From IMG/VR virus record IMGVR_UViG_3300032330_000282, positions 1 through 33,946 of that record: a stretch of 33,946 nt of DNA; one strand, given 5' to 3'. This DNA comes from a virus (taxonomy: Duplodnaviria > Caudoviricetes). Under the pieces are notes generated by a model that was given only the letters and a program-made list of their open reading frames with translations, did no database searches and had not been told where the DNA came from. Of this stretch, positions 17,482 through 27,647 are shown one piece after another. Positions within the stretch are counted from its first letter, which is position 1. Each line of letters begins with the position of its first letter. Both the position numbers and the translations under genes were made by a program.

Positions 17482-19176
17482 ATGGCTTCATTTGGAGAAG
17501 GCTTTTCATCAGGCATGCAGCTTGGTAAAATGTTTAGAGAAAGACAGTTTGAAAGGTCTATTGATGACGCAGGTAAATCTGTATCAGAAGAGATTAAAAA
17601 AGAAAAAGAATTTAGAGACCAACAAAAACAACTTGCTGAGAATTCTAAAACTCTTGATACAACAGCTACAGAACCAGTAAATCCTAGTATCTATCAACAA
17701 GGAGACTCTTTAGGACTTCGAGGATATCAAACAGGTAATAAACCTATTGAAACTACAGTGCCTATAGCACCTCTTGGTTATGGTACTAGAGAAGATGGGA
17801 CTGCTCCTGATCAAACTTTAATGGGTAACTATGGTACTACTGCTGCTTTTAAAGGTGAGAAACCTACATTAGAAGACACTCGTATGATGCAGAAAGATAC
17901 ACAAAGACCTTTTAATGGTCCTCAAGATAATAATGTATTAGACTTAACTCAAATTAAACCAGAGACACCTGCTCAAGAAATTGCTAAACCTAAAATATTA
18001 GATACTCTAAATGAGCATGTTACTTCTGCCGATAGAGCTAAAGAAGCTTATGATTATAATACTCGTGTTATTCAAAAGCTTCAACAAAATGGTAATGCTA
18101 GAGCAGCCCTAGAGTATGGTAGTAAAGTTGCTACTTCAGAACTTACACTAGCTCAAGCTGATCATTCAAAGTTTACAACAATGGCTGCCCTATCTAAAAA
18201 AGTAGGTGATATGGCTAGCAATGCTTTAGAAACAATGCAACAACCTGGTGCTGACATTAATAAGATTTTCTATGATACTATGGCTAGTGCTAAAAATGAT
18301 TTAGGTTATACTGGTAAAGTACCTTTTAGTATGGATCCTAGAGAGAACATTAAAACATTACAAATGTTAGAAAAGAATTCTCTCACTGTAGCAGAAAAAG
18401 CTGAACTTGGTATTAAACAATCTGTTGCTTCTCAAAAGTCTGTAATGGATAATGCAGAGCTTAGAATTAAAGAAGAGAAGTTAAATCTTGATAAAATTAG
18501 TACTGGCTTAGCTATGGGTAAAGAAAATCGTGAACAAGCTACTGCAAGCTTTAATCGTTTAGCTGAGAACGTTAAACTACAGTTCCAAGCTCTTAATAGT
18601 ATTAATTCTGTAATGGATGAAGACTATAAGAAAGCTTTAAAACCTAGCTATGATGCTAACTTAAAAGCTCTTCAAGGATATGCTAAAGTACTAAATGTAC
18701 CTATGCCTAACATTGCTGTGGGTACTCCAGGTAATCCTTTTGCTTCTAATAAAACACAACCTGGTGCAGCCCCAGTTGCAGCTCCTTCAGTAGTTAACCC
18801 TTCACCTAATAATCAACCAGTGAACAATGCGTTCCCTGCTGATGTATTACAAGATGCTGGTGTTGCTAGTGAGGCTGGTGGTTATGTACCTCCTACACCT
18901 AAAACTACTGCTCAAGTGACACAAGAAGCTAAAACTCGTGCTGCTACTAAAGAGAACATTAAAGCTCAAATTGAAGCATTAAAAGAATCTACTAAATCTG
19001 CTCCTGTAAGAGGTACTATGGCTACAGTTAATGCAGCTAAAGCTGGGTATAAAGCTACTGCTAAAGTACTTAATGAAGCTGGTAAAGCTATGTCTGATTG
19101 GGCTGTTGGTAAAGATGAAGCAGAAGTACAAGCTAAAATTAAAGAACTTCAAAAACAACTAGACTCACTTAAATAG
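17482..19176 (+). CDS. Internal virion / ejection protein
   Basis: 564 aa beginning MASFGEGFSSGMQLG. Helical, Q/A/K-rich, no Cys, in the expected position. Confidence 0.6.
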   Translation: MASFGEGFSSGMQLGKMFRERQFERSIDDAGKSVSEEIKKEKEFRDQQKQLAENSKTLDTTATEPVNPSIYQQGDSLGLRGYQTGNKPIETTVPIAPLGYGTREDGTAPDQTLMGNYGTTAAFKGEKPTLEDTRMMQKDTQRPFNGPQDNNVLDLTQIKPETPAQEIAKPKILDTLNEHVTSADRAKEAYDYNTRVIQKLQQNGNARAALEYGSKVATSELTLAQADHSKFTTMAALSKKVGDMASNALETMQQPGADINKIFYDTMASAKNDLGYTGKVPFSMDPRENIKTLQMLEKNSLTVAEKAELGIKQSVASQKSVMDNAELRIKEEKLNLDKISTGLAMGKENREQATASFNRLAENVKLQFQALNSINSVMDEDYKKALKPSYDANLKALQGYAKVLNVPMPNIAVGTPGNPFASNKTQPGAAPVAAPSVVNPSPNNQPVNNAFPADVLQDAGVASEAGGYVPPTPKTTAQVTQEAKTRAATKENIKAQIEALKESTKSAPVRGTMATVNAAKAGYKATAKVLNEAGKAMSDWAVGKDEAEVQAKIKELQKQLDSLK

Positions 19177-22100
19177 ATGGCAACTAAAGCTAAGCTAGAT
19201 GAATCACCTTTCTTAAGTGAGGGTGAAGCTTTTACTAAAGATAAACTATTAGAGTTTATTAAGGAAAGAGAATCCTTTAGTGCTAAAGCATACAAAGATG
19301 GAGATCATTACTCTATTGGGTATGGTACTAAAGCATCTGGCCCTGATGAAACTATCTCTAAAAAAGTAGCAGAACAACGTTTACTTCAAGACATTGACAC
19401 TCGTGAGAAGTTTATTCGTAACTTTGCTAAGGTTAAAGGTTATGACTGGAATGACTCACAAATTAATAGTTTAGTTGACTTCCATTATAACACAGGTCAA
19501 AAGAACTTCTTAGCACTTACTGATAATGGTAAACGTTCTGATGATGAGATTGCTGCTAAACTTCCAGAATATAATAAAGTAGATGGTGAGTTTAATCAAG
19601 GTATTCAAAACCGTAGATTTCAAAATCAATTAGCATTTACTACACCTACTGAAACTAATTCATTACAAAACTTTGCTGGGGCTCCTCAAGAGCAACCACC
19701 TCAAGCTACTACTCAACCAGTAGCACCTATTAAAACAACACCTCAACCAGAAGCTACATCAGTAGCCTCTAATCAATCTACTTTTGTTAATACACCACCT
19801 ATACAAGTAGCAGCTAATACAAATCCTAATATAACTAGTGATGTTCCTTCACCTATTGTAGATACTACTAGTAACCCTGAAGTACCACAATCTATGGGTC
19901 AGAAGTTTGGGTATGATGCTAACAAGTTTAAGTTTAACCAACCACAACAGGCAGCCCCGGCTCCTACAGGTGAGTCTCCTTTAGACAAAGACTTTAATGG
20001 TAATGTCTATAAAGCTTTTGTTAAAAACAATGATAAGAAATTAGCACAGAGTTACTTTGATAACATTAGTACCTTTGCAAGTAAGGGTACACTACCTCCT
20101 AAAGAGTTTAATGGTGAGGTTTATAAAAACTTAATGGCTTATGGTGAAAAAGATTTAGCTCAAAAGTACTATAATAGTATGACTAATATTTATGCACAAC
20201 AACCACAAGCTCAACCTCAAGGGGCACCTACGACTGAAACACCTCCAGCAGAACCAGTAAAAGAACAAGGTTCTTTAAGAGTACTAGGTCAAACAGCTTT
20301 AAAAGAAGTTATCCCTACTGGTATTGGTTATGGAGTATCAGAACTAGTTGGTGCTGCTCTAGCACCTGAAACTGGTGGTGCTTCATTAGCATTAGTACCT
20401 TTACTTGTTAATCTTGGAGCACGTATTGGTACTTTCATAGGAGCTCATACTGGTGGTAGTGCTGTACAAAAGAATTTACTTCCAGAATCTATTAATAAAA
20501 CTCTAGAACAAGGTGAAGCACAACACCCTACAGCAGCTATGGTAGGTGGATTCTTACCTTTTGGTTTATATGGTGGTTTTGGTTTGTCTACAGCTGCTCG
20601 TAAAGAACTAGGTTCAGCTTTTGATTTAGCTAAAACTGGTGATTATTCTAAACTTAAATCGTTAAAAACTTATTCAGAACCATTAGTTCAAGCAGGTTTT
20701 GGTGCTGGTATTGAAGGTGTATCACAGGCAGTACAAGGTGAGTTTGATCCATCACGTATTTTAATTAGTGGTATGATGATGCCATTAGTAAGTGGAGACA
20801 AGACTCGTCTTGGTAAAGCATTATCATTTGAAAACGTAAACTTTAAACCTAAAGAATCAGCAGAATCTATTATTAATAGGATTTCAAAGAGTGAATTCTT
20901 TGTACCTAAACAAGTAGATGATATACCTATTATAAACCTTGATAAGGAGACTAAAGGTGAATATGCAACTAGACACAATATTACTGAAGCTGAAGTTGAT
21001 GCTCATAAGGCTAATGAAGACTCTGTAAGAATTAAAGAAATTAAAAACGTTCCTACAATGGAAGTGGACAATGCTAGTGTTATTAAAGAGTTTGCTAACA
21101 AAGCTTGGACTAAACTATATAATCTTCCTGAGAATATGTTTAAAGACTTCCAGTCTTACTTAGACTTTAAGATTCAAAGAACTAAGATTGAACATCAAGA
21201 ACCTGAAAGTACTTTCCATGAAAAGAATGCAGAGTCATTAGCAGCATCTGAACAAGAGTCATTTACTAGAAGACAAGAGTATTATAATACAGTAGGTGAT
21301 CTTCAAGCTGAAATTGATGGATTAAAAACATTACATCAATCAGAAACAAATCCTCAAGAAAAAGCTGATCTTACTAAACAAATTAATGATAAAGAAACAG
21401 AACTTAAAACATTAAAAGCAAATGAACCACCTGAAGCTTACATCTCTCATAAAGAGTTTTTAACAAGTGAAGATACACACAATGTATTAACAGGCTCTAC
21501 TACTATTGGTGAAGCTTTAGACCGTCTTGTAGAGGGTAGTTTAGGTAACCCTGTTGAAAAAGCTTTATTTAAACTTCTTAGATCTAATAAATATATTAGT
21601 GAGATACCATTAAATCTTAATCCTAAAGTTCAACCTATAGATAAAGAAGGTTATATCATTTCTGGTTCTTATACTAGAAAGAAAATAGGTGAAGGGTTAT
21701 TTGATAATGGTGCTTTAGATCTTAATAAAGATGCTAATTTACACACGTTTGGTCATGAAGTACTACATGCTGCTACTCTTAATGCAATGGATCATGATCC
21801 TGAGTTTGCTAAACAGATGGATGACTTCTTTGAAAAGCTTAAAGCTACTGCAACTAAAGATGAAATGTGGGAAAGTCAAACTGAAAAGTCTTTTTATGGT
21901 TTAGCTGATGCTAGAGAAATGATTTCTGAAGCATTTTCTAATAATGAATTTCAAAGATGGATGAGTGAAAGACCACCACTATTAGATGTTAAAGCTCCTA
22001 GTGCTTGGCAAGAGTTTAAAGATATTATTAAAGAATACCTTGGTAATGGTAAAGAGAATACTCAAACTGCATTAGATCAACTTATAGATCTTACACATCA

Positions 22101-24441
22101 GAACTTATCTAAAGACCAGAAGTTTGGTGACTTTACTAGAAAAGGTGGACCATCAGACCTTAGGTATAAAGATAGTTCTTATCAATCTTATTTAACTCAA
22201 AGTGCAATGGAGCAAGCTTCTATTAACCCATTCTTTAATTTAGATAACTTAGGTTTACCTCCAATGCCAACTAATGAAAAAGAGTTAGCAGATGGTGCTT
22301 TTATCTCAGCTAATGCTAAGATGATTGATAACATTAGAGGTATTAAACTATACCAAATAGCTATGACTGAGGGTTTAACCCCTGAGATGCAAAACAATAT
22401 TAGAATGCATTTAGAAGGGGTTGATGCACCTCCATTAACTAAAGCAGAACAAGCACTTTTTGATAAGTATTATCAACCTTTAATTACTGAACTTACTAAA
22501 GCTTATGAATATCTTAAAGGTATTAACCCTGAACTTGCTAATCAACTTGGTGAAATGAGGGGTAATAAGTTTTTCTTTAATAGAATGATGAACCCATTAA
22601 CTCGTGAACAAATTAAAACTATGCAAGAAAATGGTACTATTGAGAACCCTAACTTTTTTGGTAAAATTAAAAATACCTTTGCAGAACTAGGTGGTAAACT
22701 AGAAGGTGGATTTGATCCTAACTTAGGTAAACTATCTAGTGCTTCTAAAACTCGTTCATTCTGGGTAGTTAAGAATAAAGATGGTACTAGTGATGTAGTT
22801 CAGATTGCTAAAGACGGTAAGATTTTTAAATGGGATAAACAAAAAGCTACATTAATTGGTAGAATGCCACCACGTTCTGAGATGCTACGTGAGGGTGATA
22901 CTTTCTTTGGTGGTAAATTAGCTCAAGGTTCTATTGAACAACTTGAAACACATGCACCTGTAACTTATAATAAAAACTCATTTGCAGTGTTAATTCAAAA
23001 GATGAATGAAGCTCGTGAGGAAGTACGTCAAGACGCATACCTTAGAGAACTTATGGCATCTCCTATGATGAAAGAGATTGCTTTACCTACCCATGCAGAT
23101 GGTAAACTACAAGAAATACCTGAAGGTTATGCTGTACCTAAAAGTGTTCAAAAGTACCCACCATTAGCTGGTTATATGTTTCCTACACGCGTAGCTAACA
23201 TTATTAATGACTTTGCTAAAGTATGGGATCCTACAGTATTAACTAATTTAACTAACATCATTGTTAAAAACATGATGATTAACCCTATAGCCCACATGTT
23301 AAACGAAGCATTCCACTTGTTTAATGCCCGTGGTTTAACTGGTTGGGTAACTCCAGGTGGTATTGCAAGGTTCCAAAAGTATGGTAGACAAGCTATTGAT
23401 GATGTAGTTAACCTATCAGATTTTTATGAAGAAACCATTAGACTTGGTGGTTCTTTATTAGCACCAGGTACAAGGGCTTCTGCTTTTCAAGAAGCTTTAT
23501 TTGGTAAAGGTTTAAATGAATTCTCTAAGACTGGTGAATTTAAAGAACTAGCTAATGACATGGGTGTATCTCTTAAACAACTATACAATAACATATCTAA
23601 ACAATCTAACAGAGCTATGTGGATTACTCGTGATATTATGTATATGCAATATCTTAGAGAGATAATGGAAACTAAAGGATTGTCACACCCTGAAGCTATT
23701 GCTTATGCAGAACGACATATGCCTAACTATAGACTTCCATCAATGATTGGTGAGAAAGTTGTTGGTGAGAACTTAGGTAGAGGTTTAAGTTATATTATGC
23801 AAAACCCTAACATCTCAGTGTTTAGTAGATACCATTATGGTATGGTTAAATCACTAGTCAACATGGTACGTGAGGTTGGTGCTATTCGTAAAGGTGCAGA
23901 GGGTGTTAAAGAATTTAAACAAGGTGTAGATTCTGCCGCAGCTGTAGCTATGGCTTTAGCTGTTATGTATCCAATTATGGATATGATGGCTAAATCAATG
24001 ACAGACAATGACAAAGCTAAATTTAGACGTGCAGGTCCATACCATTTAATACATGCTATGGAAGATGTAGTATCAGGTGCTAAGTCTCCTGCTGCAGCTA
24101 TGAACTCTGTGTTTACATTTAACCCAGCATTAAGTGGTTTAGTACAACTTGGTATGAATACTAACTGGTATAATGGTCAAGCTATTTATAACCCACAAAG
24201 TGATCCTGTAACCCTAGCGTCTGATCTTGCTCGTTATACTGGTATGCAATTACCAATGGCTAGTCAAGCATTACGTGCTGAGTCTGATAGATCTGGTGAA
24301 GGTTATAGTGCAATGGCTGCTCGTCAAATTGATATTGAATCTCCAACAGCTGCTCAATATGTTTCTACTGAAAAACGTAAACGTGAGGCAGCTAAAGATT
24401 CACTTAGACGTAGACTTGAAAGACAATTAAGAGGTTTCTAA
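19177..24441 (+). CDS. Large ejection protein with N-terminal GH24 lysozyme and internal zincin domain
   Basis: FIKERESF...AYKD...SIGYG, LVDFHYNTG and GIQNRR mark the lysozyme. HEVLH...EMISEAFSN marks the metallopeptidase. Also has Gly/Ala hydrophobic segments. Confidence 0.8.
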   Translation: MATKAKLDESPFLSEGEAFTKDKLLEFIKERESFSAKAYKDGDHYSIGYGTKASGPDETISKKVAEQRLLQDIDTREKFIRNFAKVKGYDWNDSQINSLVDFHYNTGQKNFLALTDNGKRSDDEIAAKLPEYNKVDGEFNQGIQNRRFQNQLAFTTPTETNSLQNFAGAPQEQPPQATTQPVAPIKTTPQPEATSVASNQSTFVNTPPIQVAANTNPNITSDVPSPIVDTTSNPEVPQSMGQKFGYDANKFKFNQPQQAAPAPTGESPLDKDFNGNVYKAFVKNNDKKLAQSYFDNISTFASKGTLPPKEFNGEVYKNLMAYGEKDLAQKYYNSMTNIYAQQPQAQPQGAPTTETPPAEPVKEQGSLRVLGQTALKEVIPTGIGYGVSELVGAALAPETGGASLALVPLLVNLGARIGTFIGAHTGGSAVQKNLLPESINKTLEQGEAQHPTAAMVGGFLPFGLYGGFGLSTAARKELGSAFDLAKTGDYSKLKSLKTYSEPLVQAGFGAGIEGVSQAVQGEFDPSRILISGMMMPLVSGDKTRLGKALSFENVNFKPKESAESIINRISKSEFFVPKQVDDIPIINLDKETKGEYATRHNITEAEVDAHKANEDSVRIKEIKNVPTMEVDNASVIKEFANKAWTKLYNLPENMFKDFQSYLDFKIQRTKIEHQEPESTFHEKNAESLAASEQESFTRRQEYYNTVGDLQAEIDGLKTLHQSETNPQEKADLTKQINDKETELKTLKANEPPEAYISHKEFLTSEDTHNVLTGSTTIGEALDRLVEGSLGNPVEKALFKLLRSNKYISEIPLNLNPKVQPIDKEGYIISGSYTRKKIGEGLFDNGALDLNKDANLHTFGHEVLHAATLNAMDHDPEFAKQMDDFFEKLKATATKDEMWESQTEKSFYGLADAREMISEAFSNNEFQRWMSERPPLLDVKAPSAWQEFKDIIKEYLGNGKENTQTALDQLIDLTHQNLSKDQKFGDFTRKGGPSDLRYKDSSYQSYLTQSAMEQASINPFFNLDNLGLPPMPTNEKELADGAFISANAKMIDNIRGIKLYQIAMTEGLTPEMQNNIRMHLEGVDAPPLTKAEQALFDKYYQPLITELTKAYEYLKGINPELANQLGEMRGNKFFFNRMMNPLTREQIKTMQENGTIENPNFFGKIKNTFAELGGKLEGGFDPNLGKLSSASKTRSFWVVKNKDGTSDVVQIAKDGKIFKWDKQKATLIGRMPPRSEMLREGDTFFGGKLAQGSIEQLETHAPVTYNKNSFAVLIQKMNEAREEVRQDAYLRELMASPMMKEIALPTHADGKLQEIPEGYAVPKSVQKYPPLAGYMFPTRVANIINDFAKVWDPTVLTNLTNIIVKNMMINPIAHMLNEAFHLFNARGLTGWVTPGGIARFQKYGRQAIDDVVNLSDFYEETIRLGGSLLAPGTRASAFQEALFGKGLNEFSKTGEFKELANDMGVSLKQLYNNISKQSNRAMWITRDIMYMQYLREIMETKGLSHPEAIAYAERHMPNYRLPSMIGEKVVGENLGRGLSYIMQNPNISVFSRYHYGMVKSLVNMVREVGAIRKGAEGVKEFKQGVDSAAAVAMALAVMYPIMDMMAKSMTDNDKAKFRRAGPYHLIHAMEDVVSGAKSPAAAMNSVFTFNPALSGLVQLGMNTNWYNGQAIYNPQSDPVTLASDLARYTGMQLPMASQALRAESDRSGEGYSAMAARQIDIESPTAAQYVSTEKRKREAAKDSLRRRLERQLRGF
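19987..20181 (+). repeat. Tandem 38-aa-period duplication inside the large ejection protein
   Basis: KDFNGNVYKAFVKNNDKKLAQSYFDNI versus KEFNGEVYKNLMAYGEKDLAQKYYNSM, 114 nt apart. Confidence 0.8.
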
Positions 24442-24887
24442 TGGCACAAGGATTAGCACCAATACCCAATCAACCTATAGGAAACACTCATGAGTGGAGA
24501 GAGTGGTTCTTTAACCTATGGGAAAGTTTAGGAGGAGCTCAAGGACAAATCTTTTATACAGGTTTAAACTTTACAGGGTCTAACTTAACTAGTATCCAAA
24601 CAAGAGCTCATAATACTTTACAAGGTTTACAAGGTGGTAATGTAGGAGGTACTGAGTACTACCATTTAAATGCTACTCAATATTCTACTTTAACATCATT
24701 GTCATTACCTTTATCTATTGCTAACGGTGGAACTGCTGCTACTACGGCAGCAACAGCTAGAACTAATTTAGGATTAGGAAGTGGTTTATCTGTAACTATT
24801 ACTACAGCTGCTTTAACAGCGTTAGGAACACAGGGTAGTATGACTTTTGTTAACGGAATTTTAACTGCACAAACACAGGCTACATAA
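24441..24887 (+). CDS. Short fibre / tail needle-like protein
   Basis: PIP...WREWFFNL N-terminus, a LSIANGGT..TAATARTNLGL fibre repeat, and a C-terminal MTFVNGIL. Confidence 0.55.
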   Translation: MAQGLAPIPNQPIGNTHEWREWFFNLWESLGGAQGQIFYTGLNFTGSNLTSIQTRAHNTLQGLQGGNVGGTEYYHLNATQYSTLTSLSLPLSIANGGTAATTAATARTNLGLGSGLSVTITTAALTALGTQGSMTFVNGILTAQTQAT

Positions 24888-25279
24888 TGAGATTATCAAT
24901 TAAAAGATTTGAATTTGCTAAAACTTACACTGTAGGTAAACTATATGTTAATGGTACGTTTTATTGTTACACTTTAGAAGACACAGTTAGACCTAAAGGG
25001 GAAAAGATAAATGGACAAACAGCTATTCCTACTGGCACTTATTCTGTCATTATTGATGTTTCTAATCGTTTTAAGCGCAGACTACCTCATGTATTAAATG
25101 TCCCTGGATTTGAGGGTGTGCGTATCCACACAGGAAACTCTAGTGCGGACACTGAAGGGTGTATACTATTGGGTACTACGTGGGCAGGGAAAGATTTTAT
25201 TGGTAATTCTAAGATTGCTTTTGATCCATTGTTTGATAAAATGGAATTAGAAAAGACTATAGAACTTATAATAGAATAA
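24887..25279 (+). CDS. DUF5675-like putative endolysin (L,D-peptidase-like)
   Basis: TVGKL...CYTLED, TAIPTGTY, VPGFEGVRIHTGN and TEGCILLG (conserved His and Cys). Confidence 0.72.
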   Translation: MRLSIKRFEFAKTYTVGKLYVNGTFYCYTLEDTVRPKGEKINGQTAIPTGTYSVIIDVSNRFKRRLPHVLNVPGFEGVRIHTGNSSADTEGCILLGTTWAGKDFIGNSKIAFDPLFDKMELEKTIELIIE

Positions 25280-25304
25280 AAAAAGGGGAGCGTTGCACTC
25301 CCCC
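25278..25304 (-). terminator. Rho-independent terminator of the replication arm
   Basis: On the minus strand GGGGAGTG-CAA-CGCTCCCC is followed by T7, at the point where the two arms converge. Confidence 0.88.
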
Positions 25305-25312
25305 TACTACAA

Positions 25313-25459
25313 TTAGCCCTTCAGAAAGGCTAGTACTTCATCAAAGGTTGCAAAGATTGCAATCTTGTTATCCTGTGTTTTGGTCAGGACATCAAGTTTT
25401 GTTGCATTGACAATGTAACCATTTGATACTTTATTTACTTGCACGCCATCATAATTCAT
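25313..25459 (-). CDS. 48-aa hypothetical protein (not in ORF track)
   Basis: AAGGAG RBS. Translates as MNYDGVQVNKVSNGYIVNATKLDVLTKTQDNKIAIFATFDEVLAFLKG. Confidence 0.75.
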   Translation of the reverse strand: MNYDGVQVNKVSNGYIVNATKLDVLTKTQDNKIAIFATFDEVLAFLKG

Positions 25460-25468
25460 ACTATCTCC

Positions 25469-25612
25469 TTATGTTAATGTAATTACTACTCTAAATATGA
25501 GAAGTTCTAATACTAAATAAGAACCATCGTCGTCTAACTCTGGTATATATTTAGTATCAACTAACTCAAAACCAAGTGATACACCGCATATAGGTTTAAT
25601 TGATACTTCCAT
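25469..25612 (-). CDS. 47-aa hypothetical protein (not in ORF track)
   Basis: TAATG coupling to the nrdJ stop. Translates as MEVSIKPICGVSLGFELVDTKYIPELDDDGSYLVLELLIFRVVITLT. Confidence 0.65.
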   Translation of the reverse strand: MEVSIKPICGVSLGFELVDTKYIPELDDDGSYLVLELLIFRVVITLT

Positions 25613-27489
25613 TATGCTATCTCACAACTTCCACCAGTACACGCTAGTGTCTGGGACCCTTCGGTATTATCATCCTTTTCAATAAGATCTTCCCAGTTAA
25701 TATCACTAGGCATCTTGGATGCTAATTCTTTGTACTGCTCTTCTGTAATATCTTCATATGGTGCTTGTTGATATGTATGATTTGAATGTGGTAAGAAGCT
25801 AATACCACTAACCTCATCAAAGTATTTCCATACCCATGCCCCTACTTCAGGCCATTCATTATCTGTTACTGTAATAGTTACAGAAGGTTTGTGTTCACAC
25901 CAATGACGTTGATAGATTAACCATAAGTTAAGTTGTTCTATAGCAGTCATATCATTACGAGTTATAGCACCCTTAGGGGCTTTTATCGGAAAGCTGAACA
26001 CAGCTGTCGAGTCAGGGCGAAACACTTCGTCTTCCACTGGGAAACCTTTTTCCTTGAGGAACGAGTATACAGGATCCTTTTTATCAATACGTACCCTTCG
26101 TATGTAATGAGCATTGTGTCTAGCATGAATGCCACTAGCACTATCAACCAACTGGGATACGGTACCTGAGGGTTTAACACAAGTGATAGAAGCAGAAGGA
26201 GGTATACCAAGTTCCTTAGAAAGTTGTTTGTTTGTCTCTCTCGCAGCATCACGTAATTCCTCTAATAATAATGGATCAGGATTGCTAGTTACTTTACAAT
26301 CCATGATACCTGTTAATGACACTCCTAGTAAACGTTCTTCTTCAGTATTCTTTTTCCATTCTTCAGATAAGAATTGAAAGTCTATGAGTGTAGACTGTAT
26401 AGTACCTAAGATTGTAGCTAACTTAACTTTTCTAAGTAAGGAATCTCTGGTATCTTTTTCCCGTACAACCACTTCCGTAAGATTGCAGAACTGTTTATCA
26501 CGGAGGATAATTTCTGAACATGGATTGGTTCCGTAGCTGAGAGTTGGATCTCGTCGTCCCCATCTTGCTGCTTGATTTTGAGAAGCAACTCTATTAAATA
26601 CTCCTCGTTCACCTGATTTGGACTTAACCAAACTGACCCACTCTTCCATGAAAGTTTCACTATCGGGTTTCTCAGTATACGCAACTGAATTGTTGGCAAG
26701 ACCTCTGTATGGATAATCATTATACCATGCTCCTGTTTTAGCATCACGCATTCTTTTGTCTGTTAAGTTACTTAAAGAGATAAGAGCTGATCTTCTTACA
26801 CCTCCTACTACAACAATCTCACCAATCATACATAAGATGTCATGTACTTCTAAGCTATTAAGTTTTCTTCCTGCAGATCCTTTGCAAGTATCCACCGTGA
26901 ACTTGAACAACTTTCGCAATGGGTCAGGCCCACTAGCTCTCCCTCCAAATGTTTTAAGTCTGGATCCAGCTGGTCTAACTTTGCTATAGTCAACTTTAGG
27001 GATGTCACCTTCCCACAATGAGGACAGTAACTTTTTAAAGGCTTTAGCCCACCCAAGCTTTGAGTCTCCAACTGATATGACATCATCAACCTCCTTAAAA
27101 GTACTAGGTAAAGGTGGTAACTTATCAATCTCTTGACGTTCACATGAGAACCCTACACCAGTGCCATTCATTAAAATGTAAAGAGCTTCAGAGAATGCTC
27201 TTTTGTTATTAATAGCAAGGTAAGAACAGTTATAAGCTGAAATATTATCTCTGTCACATGCTTCACCTGCGGTCATTAATAGACGCATAGATGGCATAAC
27301 TTCTAGGTCTATAATAGATTGTTTTAAATCATCCCATGGTATAGACTTAACAGTAGTCTTAATCTTTAAATAAGACACAAGTCTATCAACAGTTTCTTCC
27401 CAAGACTCTCGTCTTTGTTCAGCCTCAATGTATCTAGCATATCGAGACTTATGTATGAACTTACTGTAGTTCGTCAGTTTCGTAGTCAT
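25612..27489 (-). CDS. nrdJ: Class II (adenosylcobalamin-dependent) ribonucleotide reductase
   Basis: MPSMR, YNC, GTGVGFS, VVGGVRRSA, TNPCSEI, CNLTE, TCVKPSGT and a C-terminal CxxxxC (ACTGGSCEI). No beta-subunit gene is adjacent. Confidence 0.93.
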   Translation of the reverse strand: MTTKLTNYSKFIHKSRYARYIEAEQRRESWEETVDRLVSYLKIKTTVKSIPWDDLKQSIIDLEVMPSMRLLMTAGEACDRDNISAYNCSYLAINNKRAFSEALYILMNGTGVGFSCERQEIDKLPPLPSTFKEVDDVISVGDSKLGWAKAFKKLLSSLWEGDIPKVDYSKVRPAGSRLKTFGGRASGPDPLRKLFKFTVDTCKGSAGRKLNSLEVHDILCMIGEIVVVGGVRRSALISLSNLTDKRMRDAKTGAWYNDYPYRGLANNSVAYTEKPDSETFMEEWVSLVKSKSGERGVFNRVASQNQAARWGRRDPTLSYGTNPCSEIILRDKQFCNLTEVVVREKDTRDSLLRKVKLATILGTIQSTLIDFQFLSEEWKKNTEEERLLGVSLTGIMDCKVTSNPDPLLLEELRDAARETNKQLSKELGIPPSASITCVKPSGTVSQLVDSASGIHARHNAHYIRRVRIDKKDPVYSFLKEKGFPVEDEVFRPDSTAVFSFPIKAPKGAITRNDMTAIEQLNLWLIYQRHWCEHKPSVTITVTDNEWPEVGAWVWKYFDEVSGISFLPHSNHTYQQAPYEDITEEQYKELASKMPSDINWEDLIEKDDNTEGSQTLACTGGSCEIA

Positions 27490-27646
27490 CGTTTATTTCT
27501 TTCTGAAGTTTATCGTAGTTATCTTCTATTAGATCTGAGAAACGTTCTACTAAATCGTAAGAAGTAATGTTTAGTAATTCTAGAAGAGTTATCTCATCCA
27601 GTCTATCTGCAAGCCGTTCTTTCAACTCTTCTAAAGTTAATTGCAT
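27461..27646 (-). CDS. Conserved acidic 61-aa phage protein
   Basis: LTLEELKERL...DEITLLELLNI..DLVERF, tightly packed between DUF3310 and nrdJ. Confidence 0.72.
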   Translation of the reverse strand: MQLTLEELKERLADRLDEITLLELLNITSYDLVERFSDLIEDNYDKLQKEINDDYETDELQ

Positions 27647-27647
27647 G

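Noticed and set aside
25933-27143. Several alternative-frame and antisense ORFs within nrdJ
   Set aside because: These are shadow ORFs of a strongly conserved gene, with no recognisable motifs.
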